Positions 1-12,300 of a DNA stretch of 64,000 nt are shown one piece after another (within the stretch, counting starts at the first letter, position 1; every line of letters begins with the position of its first letter). The position numbers were made by a program, and so were the translations under genes. This DNA comes from Camelus ferus (lineage: Eukaryota): positions 55,676,001 to 55,740,000 of the forward strand of contig NC_045708.1 in NCBI RefSeq assembly GCF_009834535.1, in the 5' to 3' direction. The notes below the pieces were generated by a model. The model did no database searches, was not told the DNA's origin, and saw only the letters and a list, made by a program, of their open reading frames with translations.

Positions 1-459
1 GATGGTGTGCCCATGCTCCTGGGACTGGATGGTTTTGTGACAAGCAGTGAAGGGTTTTAAGCAGGGAAATGGTACAACCAGATTATTCTAACTCCCCTTT
101 TAATACCAAAATGCTCCTGCTGTGTCTTGAAGAGGCAGAGTGTGGTAGTTGAGAGTTTGACCTCTCTAGTCTGGTTTCCTGAGTATGAATCTTAACTAGT
201 ATTTAGCAGATTGGCAATCAGGGGCAAGGTACTTAACTTCCCTGTGCTTTATATCTTCCTCTGAAAATGGAAATATATAGTGCTACTTCAGAAACTCATT
301 TAGGGCATTGAACGGGTCAATATATATGAAGCATTTAGCAATTTACCTAGCACATAGTAAATGCTCAATGAATATGAGAAGTTATCATTGAGTGTATACC
401 TTCCTCCCATCATCACTTTAAACCCAAACTGAAATAATGGTATGGGGTAAAACTAACTA

Positions 460-829
460 ATTTTTTTCCCCAATTGTCTGAAACTTATTTATTTACTTAT
501 AATTTTTTTAATTGAAATATAGTTGACTTACAATGTTGTATTACTTTCTGGTGTACAGCATAGTGATTCAGTTTATACATGTATATATACATATATATAC
601 ACATACATATTCTTTTTCATTTTCTTTTTCATTGCAGGTTACTACAAGCCATTGAATATAGCTCCCTGTGCTATACAGTAGGACCTTGTTGTTTATCTAT
701 TCTGTACATAGCAGTTTGTATCAGCCAATCCCAAACTCCTAATTTATCCCTTTCTTCCCCCTTTTCCCCTGGTAACCATAAGTTTGTTTTCTATGTTTAT
801 GAGTCTCTTTCCATTTTATAAATAAGTTC
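460..829 (-). mobile_element. 5'-truncated L1 3' end with target-site duplication
   Basis: L1 3'UTR sequence with T-rich tail at left; TSD AAAACTAACTA(A/C)TT at 449 and 830; the right copy ends TTCTT/AA, an L1 endonuclease-type site. Confidence 0.85.
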
Positions 830-1528
830 AAAACTAACTACTTCTTAAAGACATCCACTATAAGTACTTTTTCCTCATATTTAACCTCCCCCATTGGAAG
901 AAAACCTTCCTCAAGGAGGCTACACTTAAAATCTATTTCTCCCTATTAGTTCCTCAAAAAGTGGTTAGTCATCCTCTTAGGAAGAGGCTCACATAAACCT
1001 GAACACTATCTTTTTAAAGTTAGAAAGCCAGGTTCCTTAATTGTCTTTTTTCTAGATTATAAACTCCATGAGGGCATTAAATTTGTCCTACTCTCTAAGG
1101 TCTGGTGTTCCAGCTACACAGAAAAATGGAACCTATTTTTTGAATTATGAGAATAAGTAAATATTGTTCCTTTTGAAGATCCTCAAATTCTTTTCTAGTT
1201 GTCAATATCCGTTTTGCATTAACAAATCAGAAAACTGCAGTCTTTCAGAGAGGATGTGAAAACCCTCCATGTTAGTCTACTTATATAAGAATCAGAAACC
1301 CAAGTCAAAGAGGTAACTTTGGAGAACAGGGAATACTTTTCATAAAGATCCTTCAATATTTCATAAAGATCTTACTTGCTTTAACCACACTAATACCAAA
1401 CATGGAGGAGATTCATACAATTATTTTATACAAGAAATATAAAGTGCTTATTAGGTAATAGGTCCTGTACTATTGAAAGGTTACAAAGTTCCTACCCTCG
1501 AAGTACTTAAAATCCAACTGAAGAAATA

Positions 1529-3932
1529 CAGGCATACCTCAAAGATATTGCAGGTTTGGTTCCAGATCACTGTAATAAGGCAAATGTTGCAACAAAGCAA
1601 ATGTCGTAATAAAGTGAACCGCAGGAATTTTTTGCTTTCTCAGTGCATAAAAAAGTTGTGTTTACACTATACTGTAGTCTGTTAGTGTGCAATAGCATTA
1701 TATAAAAAAAATAATGTCTTAATTAAAGATACTTTATTGCTAAAAAATATGTTAACCATAATCTGAGNNNNNNNNNNNNNNNNNNNNNNNNNNNNNNNNN
1801 NNNNNNNNNNNNNNNNNNNNNNNNNNNNNNNNNNNNNNNNNNNNNNNNNNNNNNNNNNNNNNNNNNNNNNNNNNNNNNNNNNNNNNNNNNNNNNNNNNNN
1901 NNNNNNNNNNNNNNNNNNTCTCTGCAGTATGCGATGCTGTTTGATAGCATTTTGCCCACAGAACTTCTTTCAAAATTGGAGTCATTCCCCTCAAAACTTG
2001 CCACTTCTTTATCAATTGTTTATGTACTAATCTACATCNNNNNNNNNNNNNNNNNNNNNNNNNNNNNNNNNNNNNNNNNNNNNNNNNNNNNNNNNNNNNN
2101 NNNNNNNNNNNNNNNNNNNNNNNNNNNNNNNNNNNNNNNNNNNNNNNNNNNNNNNNNNNNNNNNNNNNNNNNNNNNNNNNNNNNNNNNNNNNNNNNNNNN
2201 NNNNNNNNNNNNNNNNNNNNNNNNNNNNNNNNNNNNNNNNNNNNNNNNNNNNNNNNNNNNNNNNNNNNNNNNNNNNNNNNNNNNNNNNNNNNNNNNNNNN
2301 NNNNNNNNNNNNNNNNNNNNNNNNNNNNNNNNNNNNNNNNNNNNNNNNNNNNNNNNNNNNNNNNNNNNNNNNNNNNNNNNNNNNNNNNNNNNNNNNNNNN
2401 NNNNNNNNNNNNNNNNNNNNNNNNNNNNNNNNNNNNNNNNNNNNNNNNNNNNNNNNNNNNNNNNNNNNNNNNNNNNNNAAAGACAAAATTATCCCTTGAT
2501 CCATGGACTGCAGAATGGAGGTTGTGTTAGCAGGCATGAAAACAACAGGAATCTCATTGTACATCTCCATNNNNNNNNNNNNNNNNNNNNNNNNNNNNNN
2601 NNNNNNNNNNNNNNNNNNNNNNNNNNNNNNNNNNNNNNNNNNNNNNNNNNNNNNNNNNNNNNNNNNNNNNNNNNNNNNNNNNNNNNNNNNNNNNNNNNNN
2701 NNNNNNNNNNNNNNNNNNNNNNNNNNNNNNNNNNNNNNNNNNNNNNNNNNNNNNNNNNNNNNNNNNNNNNNNNNNNNNNNNNNNNNNNNNNNNNNNNNNN
2801 NNNNNNNNNNNNNNNNNNNNNNNNNNNNNNNNNNNNNNNNNNNNNNNNNNNNNNNNNNNNNNNNNNNNNNNNNNNNNNNNNNNNNNNNNNNNNNNNNNNN
2901 NNNNNNNNNNNNNNNNNNNNNNNNNNNNNNNNNNNNNNNNNNNNNNNNNNNNNNNNNNNAAACCCATTGTTTGGTGTAGTCACCTTCATGGAGGACCTCA
3001 GCTAGATCTGGAGAACTTGCTGCAGCTTCCACAGCAGCACTTGCTTCAGCTTGTATTTTTATGTTANNNNNNNNNNNNNNNNNNNNNNNNNNNNNNNNNN
3101 NNNNNNNNNNNNNNNNNNNNNNNNNNNNNNNNNNNNNNNNNNNNNNNNNNNNNNNNNNNNNNNNNNNNNNNNNNNNNNNNNNNNNNNNNNNNNNNNNNNN
3201 NNNNNNNNNNNNNNNNNNNNNNNNNNNNNNNNNNNNNNNNNNNNNNNNNNNNNNNNNNNNNNNNNNNNNNNNNNNNNNNNNNNNNNNNNNNNNNNNNNNN
3301 NNNNNNNNNNNNNNNNGATTTCCTTCAAGAATTTGTCCTCTGAATTCACAACTTGGTTAACTGTTTGGTACAAGACGCCTAGCTTCAGCCCATCTCAGCT
3401 TTTGACCTACCTTTCTCACTAAGCTCAGTCATTTCTGGCTTTTGATTTAAAGTGGGAGATATGAGACTCTCCCTTTCACTTGAACATTTAGAGGCCACTG
3501 TAGGGTTATTAATTGGTCAACTTTCAACATTGCTGTGTCTCAAGGAATAGGAAGGCCCAAGAAGAGGGAGGGAGGTAGGGGAAGGCTGATCGGTACAGCA
3601 GTTGGAACACACACAACATTTATCATCTAAAATGGGNNNNNNNNNNNNNNNNNNNNNNNNNNNNNNNNNNNNNNNNNNNNNNNNNNNNNNNNNNNNNNNN
3701 NNNNNNNNNNNNNNNNNNNNNNNNNNNNNNNNNNNNNNNNNNNNNNNNNNNNNNNNNNNNNNNNNNNNNNNNNNNNNNNNNNNNNNNNNNNNNNNNNNTA
3801 AGCAAATGTTGTTGGAAAAATGATGTCAATGAAGTTGCTCCACAAAGAGTTGCTACAAACCTTCAATTTGTAAAAAGCACAACATCCTTGAAACGCAGTA
3901 AGGGTGAAGGGCAGTAAAATGAGGCACGTCAG
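1529..3932 (-). mobile_element. Near-full-length Tigger1 (TcMar-Tigger) DNA transposon, decayed; much of the transposase region is N-masked
   Basis: TA + CAGGCATACCTC terminal repeat at 1529, degenerate partner ending 3932; ~2.4 kb span; visible peptides [18 protein letters not shown] and DSNFERSSVGKMLSNSI are Tigger1 transposase motifs. Confidence 0.92.
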
Positions 3933-5109
3933 AAATGGCAGGACAGCCTGAAGTGCTACCATCATAGCAGCTACCATTTATCATGCACAGCATGTGTGCT
4001 CTCATTCAACCTTCAAAACACCCTATTTGTCAGATTTTAGCCCCATTTCACAAATAAGTGAACTAGGCCCACAGAGGATGGGTATCCCAGAAGAACTGAA
4101 ATCTGAACTGCGTCTCGAATGACAAGTTAAGTGTTGAGGGAGGGAGTAAAACGTGGATGGGCGATGATGGGCCAGAGGTGCTATCCAGACTCATATAAGA
4201 AGTGGGAACATCATATGCAAAATGTCCCAGAGAGAGAGCGTGAATTCCTGGTATTCTAGTTGAAACTTGTTCATTATTTACCATAGAATTAGTACAACCA
4301 AAGAGAGTCGCGTTCTGCACTAAGTCATCGATTAAGGCGATTATATATGGTAAGTCAAGTAGGCTTTAATGCATTGTCTTGACTTAGAAACCTGATCACT
4401 ATTTATACTTGATCTTGGAATACAGTCTCTTACAGATGTTAAGAGCCCACTTTAAAAACAAAAGCAAATAACCCAGCCACTAAAGAGGGGGACACCAATA
4501 AAACTACCATGTGTGTTGGGTGGGAAAGGTTAATACAATTAACCTCTTTAAAAACGTTTTCATTCTCCTAAAATGTAATTCTTATGTGTGGTAGTGAGAA
4601 TTAAAATAGTGAGGACATCTGGTCAAAAGTTAAGGAGGTTAACTAAATTTTAAATGATCAATCATTTAAAAAAAGTACCCATAACATTTCACCAGTCCTT
4701 CTAACATTTGTCAATGTCAAAGTAATGATGCAGTTTCCTCAGTTTGTCCTGAATTCTTGAATTAGACAAGAAAAGTGGGTATTCTGGAGAAGTATAAATG
4801 CTCTGGGTCATAGTTTCCATTTTTACTGGAATTCTCAGTTGTCCAGATCATGGTTTCTTTAAAGGGGCAACCTCATTTTGGGGGTTATGAACAGGTGGGT
4901 CAGTGCTAATTTTCATTGTGAAAATTCATGAATTTAAGAACAGGTTACCATTTGCAATAAATTCATTTAATTGAATAAGAAAGTGATTTATGGACTAGAA
5001 ATACATTCTTCATCTTCCCTCCCAATTAGACTATCTCTGCTTATTTTGAGCTGTATATTTTATGTATTTTGGTTGATGTACTTTAAGGATTAAATTCTAA
5101 AGACTTAAG

Positions 5110-5258
5110 GATGTGTTAACTAACCTTATTGTAGTAATCATTTCATAACATTTACATATATAAAATCATCACCATTGTACATCTTAAACTTACACAGTGT
5201 TGTCAATTATATCTCAATAAGGCTGGAAAAAATAAAACTAGAGAAAAAACAAACAAAA
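5110..5258 (+). mobile_element. Short L1 3' end with A-rich tail
   Basis: L1 terminal sequence (…GTCAATTATATCTCAATAA…) flanked by the TSD AAAGACT(T/C)AAG at 5099 and 5259. Confidence 0.75.
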
Positions 5259-6829
5259 AAAGACTCAAGCAACATGCTTTGCACAAAGATCAAAGTAAGT
5301 AGTTACCATTCATTGAGTCTCTAATATGTGCCAATATTCCTCAAAGGAGGTATTTATTGGCCCCATTTTTTGAAAGAGGAAAGTGAGACACAGGGAAATT
5401 AACTTTTGTAAGTACACATAAGGCTCAACTGAAATTCAAACCTGTATCTGACTCCAAAAATGTTCCTCTCTCTACTGGAGCATGCTTATCTCATATTTTT
5501 TAAATGAAACATTGATTTTCCTTTTGAAATATCATTTTTTTTCATTTAGAAGAACACAAGAAATAAGGACAATCTTCAAACAGCTCCAACCCTGCAGACA
5601 CGTCAAGCCCTTGTTCGCAGTCCCCTTTGAAATTCCCTAGCCTTCTGCCCACACTCCCCACTGCAATTTCCTACCCGCCTTGGGTCCCGTCTCCTAGCTT
5701 TCTCCTTGAGCTCCCCTGCTGCCTGTCATAGGACTTTGGGATCCGGTTCATGCTCCTCACTCTCGCATTTGGTCTCGAAACTTCAGACATCATTTTTAGT
5801 TCCTTGAGTCAAAATCCTCAACCAAGGACTGAAACTTCAAACTGCAGCCTGAGATCAGCCCCACCCACTCCCTAAGTTTGCTGTCAATTCTGAAAGATTC
5901 CAGCCAAGGTCAAACTCTAAGTCTCAAGTTGGACTGAGGGAAAAGGAGAATTTGTAGGAAAGAATTTAACAGTGATAACCTTATGTAAATCCCCATGAAT
6001 TGTGGTGAAATAGTCATCTCCTGGCTGTTCAAGACAAAGATTCCAATTTCAAGGAGAGTATTCAAACTCAGGTTTTGGAGATGAACAGAAATACATCTGA
6101 AATTAATTTCTGAATTAGAATTGAAGGCAAAGATCTTCCAGTTAAAAAGAAAAACCATAATGTGTACACTTGGCTTTGTATCTGAGGTTCCAAAAAATGA
6201 GCAAGAGAGAGTAAATGGAAGTTAAAGACAAAATCAAAAATTTGAGCTATTGACTTCTCAGGGCAGGCCAGCTTTTGCTTGTTGTTACAACATCCTTGCC
6301 TGCTCCTAAGACCATGTCAACTAAATAAACAAGCAATGCTGCTATGTTGTTGCCTTCTCTTATTCATGATGATTGTGATTACAATACTATGTTTTTAGAG
6401 AGTACTTATTTTTTTTAAATGTGCCCAAATATATTATTTTATGTTTCTCCCCTCTTTCAAAACTCTTCTCCAAAATTAATCTCTCCAGGATGCCTTGTCT
6501 AATTAATCCAACTCTACATCTAGCAAAGGATTAGGTATGGAAGTTCTCCTACAGAAATCTGGGCTTACTCATGTGTGTTCTACCTAAGTCACCAGTCACT
6601 TAACTACCATGCCAGGCGCTGTGCTAGACGCTTTGAATATTTCATTCAAGCATCACAACAACCTACAAAGCTGACATATTTTCCACAAGGAGAAAAAAAC
6701 AAAACAACAAGAATCAGAAAGATGACAGAGAATGGATATAGGCTCACACAGCAGCTATGTGGCAAATCCAAAGACGGACTGTCTACATCTGGAGCCAGAC
6801 AGCTCATCACTAAAGCTCTGAGCTGGACA

Positions 6830-7252
6830 CTGCTGACTGGCTACCGGAAGCCAGTCCCAAACCCTTCTCCCCTGCCTGTCTCCCGCAGAAGTTAGGACAG
6901 TCAAATCTATTCTTTCCCACTCTCTCTTGTAACGAGGCATGTTCTGGGCAACAAGATTTAAAGGAAAGTCTACTGAAAAGTTCTGGAAATGTTTCCTCCC
7001 TCATTAAAAAAAAAGTCCTTTTTTCATCCATCTTTTTTCCTTTCTGTTTGGGATGGTTTTATAAAGATATCGTGTGTGACTCTAGGGTGATCATCTCACT
7101 ACAGTAAGGAAAAGACCAAGAAGGCTAGAGATGAGGACTCTGATATTACAGTAAAATAGAATCACTCACCTCCAGACTGCTTGTGAAATAAATAATACGC
7201 GTTGCTATGGTTTAAGCCTCTGTTTGTTTGGCTGAACATACTCCTGACTGAA
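6830..7252 (+). mobile_element. Old MaLR LTR (MLT1K/L-like)
   Basis: Resembles recalled MLT1 consensus incl. the end …GCTGAACATACTCCTGACTGAAAC; boundaries approximate. Confidence 0.5.
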
Positions 7253-8651
7253 ACCTACTAAGCACCCTGCTGCCAGTGGATGGCAAAACTCAATAAAGTT
7301 CAGTGACTTTTAAACCTTTTTTTAAAATCACACTATCTAGGTTTTTTCAAGAACTCAGGTGAATTTCTGAACAGAGTAAGTGCTGAATATGGTAACTCAG
7401 TGACTAGCACATAGTAGGCACTCAGTAAATATTAACTGAATGAATCAGCAAATGTACTTTTGGGATTTATCATCAGTGATCACTCAAATAAGTGACATAC
7501 GTCAGCAATTACTGAGCTAAGTCCTGGGGATACATGGACAAGCAAAAGATGTAGAGAGGGGTGGTGTGCACCCACAAGGAGCCTGCGGTTTATAAGGGGA
7601 TGCCAAGAGGGAAGTGCCTACCTGCAGGGTTCCTGCTGGTGTAACTTTAAAACAGTACAGTAAGTTTTAGACACAGCTTTTCAAACAGCAGAGCTTTTCC
7701 AGTATAGCGTTAAAAACAGGAATCATCCACAGGACGACGGAGAAGAAAGAAAATGACCAAAATGCTAACTACGATTATTTATGGGTGGTAGGACTTCAAG
7801 CGATTTTTATTTTCCTTTTCAAATGTTTTTGCTCCAAGTAGAAAATTTTCAAAATACAGATAATTACAAGGAGGATGATAAGAAATCTCTCGTGTTGCTA
7901 ATACCCAGAGATTTGAGATTCCCATCTATTATTCTAATTTAAAGCAGATTATTCTTATTTGAATCTAAACAACAGAAACAATATTATTGTAAATATCCTG
8001 GAGCAAGCTATGAGAAGAGACAACTTCTTAAAATGAGAGCCACGTAATATTCACAAATATGAAATATTACAATCCGTGGCAAATTGAGAATGTCAAATTA
8101 ACTGCCACTATAAAACATTATGATTCAATTCAATTTAAAATACTTAGTTTTTAATGCTGTTTCGTAACTACTATGTGCAATTTATACTGTCTGTTTAGTT
8201 CCCTGCTGTGTCTTCCCTTGCTTCAATATTTTGCCCTAAGAATTTTCATTAATTTATAAATGTTTATTACTATTATAAGAAAATAACAACAGTCACAGAA
8301 AAATGGATCACCAGCTCAGAATGTTCAGTTTTCTATCCCAAGTCAGACACTGAGAAGTGGGGAGTAATTTGATTACTAATCAGACCTAACAAAAGAAAAG
8401 CTCAGTGCTTAGCAGTAGAGATCATTGACTTATAGCCTTAATTATTTCTCCTCACTAGTCTTTTAATCATATCTTCTGTTTGCTTTGATTTTTATCTCCC
8501 TTTTGAACTTCTGGCTTCCAATCTCCACTCCCTATGGCCCTCATATTGTTACATCATTTATTTTCAGTGACTCTGCATTTCTCTTAAAAATCATCTTTGG
8601 CTTCACCAAGGCCAAGTTGAAAAAAAAAAGCACCAGGAGTTGCAAACAGGC

Positions 8652-9076
8652 TGTGTTATGTGCTAGGGCTGCAGAAACGAAGTACTGCAGGCTGGCTGGC
8701 ATAAATGGAGATGCACTGTCTCACGGTGCTGGAGGCTGGCCGTCCAGCGTCAAGCTGTCATCAGGGCTGGTATCTTCCGAGGGCCATGAGCGAGGAATCT
8801 GGTCCAGCCCCTCTCTCTGGCTTACAGATCGCCATCTTCTCCCTGTTCCTCCTCACAGTCTTCTCTCTGTATGTACATGTCTGTGTCCCAGTCTCTTCTC
8901 CTTATAAGGACACCAGTCATATTGGATTAGGGCCCAACCCCACTGACCTCATTTAACTTTAATGAACTCTTTAAAGACCCGATCTCTAAATACAGCCACG
9001 TCTGAAGCACTGGATGTGAGGACGTCAACACATGAATTTGGGGGAAAGGAGGAGAGACACAGTTCAGACCAAAACA
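8652..9076 (-). mobile_element. MaLR solo LTR (MLT1A/C-like)
   Basis: TG…CA ends; diagnostic CTTATAAGGACACCAGTCATATTGGATTAGGGCCCA block. Confidence 0.8.
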
Positions 9077-11930
9077 CAAGTATAACCAGAAGGGGGCCCA
9101 ATTTAACTATATAACATGAACTGAGACAAAAGTAACAAAGAACATGTTTCCTGGACACAAAGAAACTCAAGCTGCTGCACTTTGAATGATCTGTGCTGCC
9201 AAGCAGGTAAGGATCACTGATGACCCATCAGAAAAGGGAATAGATACCTTCTGGATCCCACCACATCTAGGCAGGCAGTTGGGATGAGTGAGGAGAGGAG
9301 GATGAAACTCTCCAAAGACAGCCCCCAGAGCACGGGGCAGAAGAAGAAATTGCACCGCACAGTAACCTGCCCATAGATCATGAAAGAGTTAACCATACAG
9401 AATGGCCAGGAGACAAGACAGTGAGAGGCAACTCACCAGAGAGCCAGGAATTATTCAGGAATCCAGATCGACACATCTACACTTCGAAATGTTTCTCACT
9501 TTTAAGCTAGGTTTCCTGTGGCTCACTCTAAAAGCAATGATTTGACAACAATTCTGAAAAAACTTTAATCCTAACACCGACAGAATCTCTGCTAAGGCAC
9601 GATTTTTCAAGCTGTGTCTACTGAACTTGTCACATCTTTTCTTCTTTTCTCCAGAAAGACATTAATCCAGAAAGGCAAGCTCTGAGGTGAATTACTTTAA
9701 TCCAAATATATTTTCCGATACAACAATTCGCAGCAATGATGTTGTCAGTGAAGGATGTGTTCCCTAATTGGGATCCCTGCAAAAGGAGTGATTTTGAGCT
9801 TCTGGTTAGTGAAAGAACCAAGTGGCTTCTGCTCAGCTGGAAACCAAGGTACGGTGGAATACTATCTTACATCTGGGTTGATTTTGCAGTCTTCACGAGA
9901 TGCAAATGTACTATACAGTAAAAAGTATCCTTAAAAATCATTAGTTTAATTCATAGAGTACAATATACATGGTTTTGTGTATACCACACTATTCAGTAAT
10001 TTCTTGTATGCTTAAGTTTGAGAACCATGGAGCTAGGCCAAAGCAAGGAACTAAAGCAAAATCAAAATACAATGTCTATACACTCAAACAATTCTCTTTT
10101 GAGAGCACCACCCAAGTCTTGTTCAATGCAATCAGGAGCAGTAACAGATCACTTAAAAAAATAAGTTTATGAGATAAGTACATACATTTGCCTTAGTTTA
10201 ACTGAAAGCATAAATGTGCATCTTTTCATTATTTTTTTATAGTGCCAAGGATTTGACTCTGAATGATTCAACTATCCTTGTTCTTTGTCCTTTTTTTAAA
10301 AATGTAAATCATAGTCATAGTATATCATTTGAGATTTCAAGTTTAGAGAAGTGACAAAAAACACTTGCAAACCAAAATGAATGTGGAACCCTAATTTTTT
10401 TTCTTTTTCACAAATTTTACCCTCACCTAAGTTAACAGTTTATTTTAAACTGATGGACATTTATGGAGTCATTCCAAAGCATACACAATTTTCAATTATT
10501 TGCATGGGGGAACTGAGTAAGACTTTCGAGAGAAAGATCCAAAAATTCAATCTTCTGTATACTACTTCTCTTGGTCTGTACCAAAATTAACAACTAAAGT
10601 TTAAAAGATTATTATATTCCGGAATCTGAAGTTTTCATTGGAAAGGGTACCCCTGGAAACTTAGAGTCTTGAAAACACATAAACACTCCAGGTCAAGATT
10701 ATTTGAAGCTGATTTTATAATTGAAAATTGGATCAGACAAGTTTTGTTTTTTTATCTCCCTGAAAAACTTTTAATAGTTATTAACTTGACATTGTTATTG
10801 TTAATTATATTATGTATAATACATAATTAATTGTATATTAACTTCAAATTAATAAAGATTAATAGAGAAATCATCAAAATAAGTTGGGGAATCTCTAGTT
10901 CTTACAGTTAGAGATGATTTTCTTCAGCAGAGACTGGGAGAAAGGAAGTGTGGACTGCTAGGGCAGCCTGCATTTGACAGAACCCTGTTTTGTAAACTAA
11001 AGGTTTATGAACTAGGATATACCTACCCCTGGGATACCCCAAAACCCAGGTAAGGATTGTTTTAAGGGAATCAGTTTTCTCTGTACTCTCCTAAAACTGG
11101 TCTGCTTAAAATGCACTTCCAAGTCATGTTGATCTACACCGCCCTCCTTTCCATTTCACAAGCATCTTTCTATTTTCACAAAAGAAAGGCACATGTCTTA
11201 CCATCTGGTGTCTTATTAGGGAATATTGAACTTAGAAAAGCACCTGTGAAACAAGGGGATAATGTGAAGGATTGTGTGGATGTTGACACAATAAAGTGGT
11301 TTACATGACTGGGCAACAGATATGCAAGTTGCTTCCAGTCCTCTGCTTCCAACATAGTTGAAGGAGGACCTAACTGAGTTGTCGTTTGAAAGATCATTGA
11401 AAACATTTTTTGGTGATAGATCACTGTGTGATTATTGGCATATAACTGTGGGAAAATCCAAAGAATTGAGTGACATTGTCTAACAAATTCCTTTCCATTC
11501 CCATCTACTTAGCAGGTTTGTTAAGTAAAGGAATAAGAGAAGACATCCCATCTATTAAAAAAAAAAAAAAAGCAGACTCTAACAAAATGATCAAAGTTTT
11601 GATCACGTCAAGGCAAATGAGAATATTCAATTCTTAGTTAACCAGAAACAATTTACTTGTTGAAGTAAAATTGTTCATATTTAATAGTTTGGGGAATAGA
11701 AACTACTCAATTCGAATTCAAATATTTAATGAATCCACGTCTAAAATTCTGTGTTACAAATACTTTTAGTCGTAGGAGTGAGTGGTGAGCAACAAACTCA
11801 AATGTTACTATGCATACATACAAAGTACTACACTGTTTGCTAAGAAGGCAGACACTGTAAGTCTAATTAATATTCATCACAAATAGTTACAAACTGTGTG
11901 TGCATGTGAGAGAGAGAGAGAAATGAGAAT

Positions 11931-12300
11931 TTTTAAGATCTATTCCCTTAGCCACCTTTAAATTTAAAATACAGTATTATTAACTATTGTCACCATGATA
12001 TACATTACACCATCATGATTTATTTATTCTATAACTAGAAGTTTGTACCTTCTGACCTCCTCCATCCATTCTTCAAACCCCCATCCCCACCCCTAGCCAC
12101 TACCAATTTGTTCTCTGCATCTGTGGGTTCATTTTGTTATTGTTGTTGTTTTAGAGTCCACATATAAGTGAGATCACTTGGTATGTGTAGTGTTTATTTT
12201 GCAGCATATACAAATATCAAATCATTATGTTGTACACTTGCAACTAATACAATGTTATATGTTATTATATTTCGGTTTTTAAAAAATAGAATAAAAAATA
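11931..12300. mobile_element. L1 3' fragment with 5' inversion (minus part ~11931-12187, plus part ~12190-12300)
   Basis: Two adjacent L1 3'UTR segments in opposite orientations, the right one ending in an A-rich tail. Confidence 0.65.

Noticed and set aside
1332-1373. Short direct repeat TTTCATAAAGATC x2
   Set aside because: Ordinary ~20-bp slippage duplication with only two copies; no array
1723-3829. Long ORFs in the track (e.g. 426 aa at 1752..3032)
   Set aside because: Open only because N codons are read as X; the visible parts are frame-shifted Tigger1 transposase remnants
9730-9830. ATGATG…-like C/D snoRNA candidate
   Set aside because: No terminal CTGA D box or terminal stem
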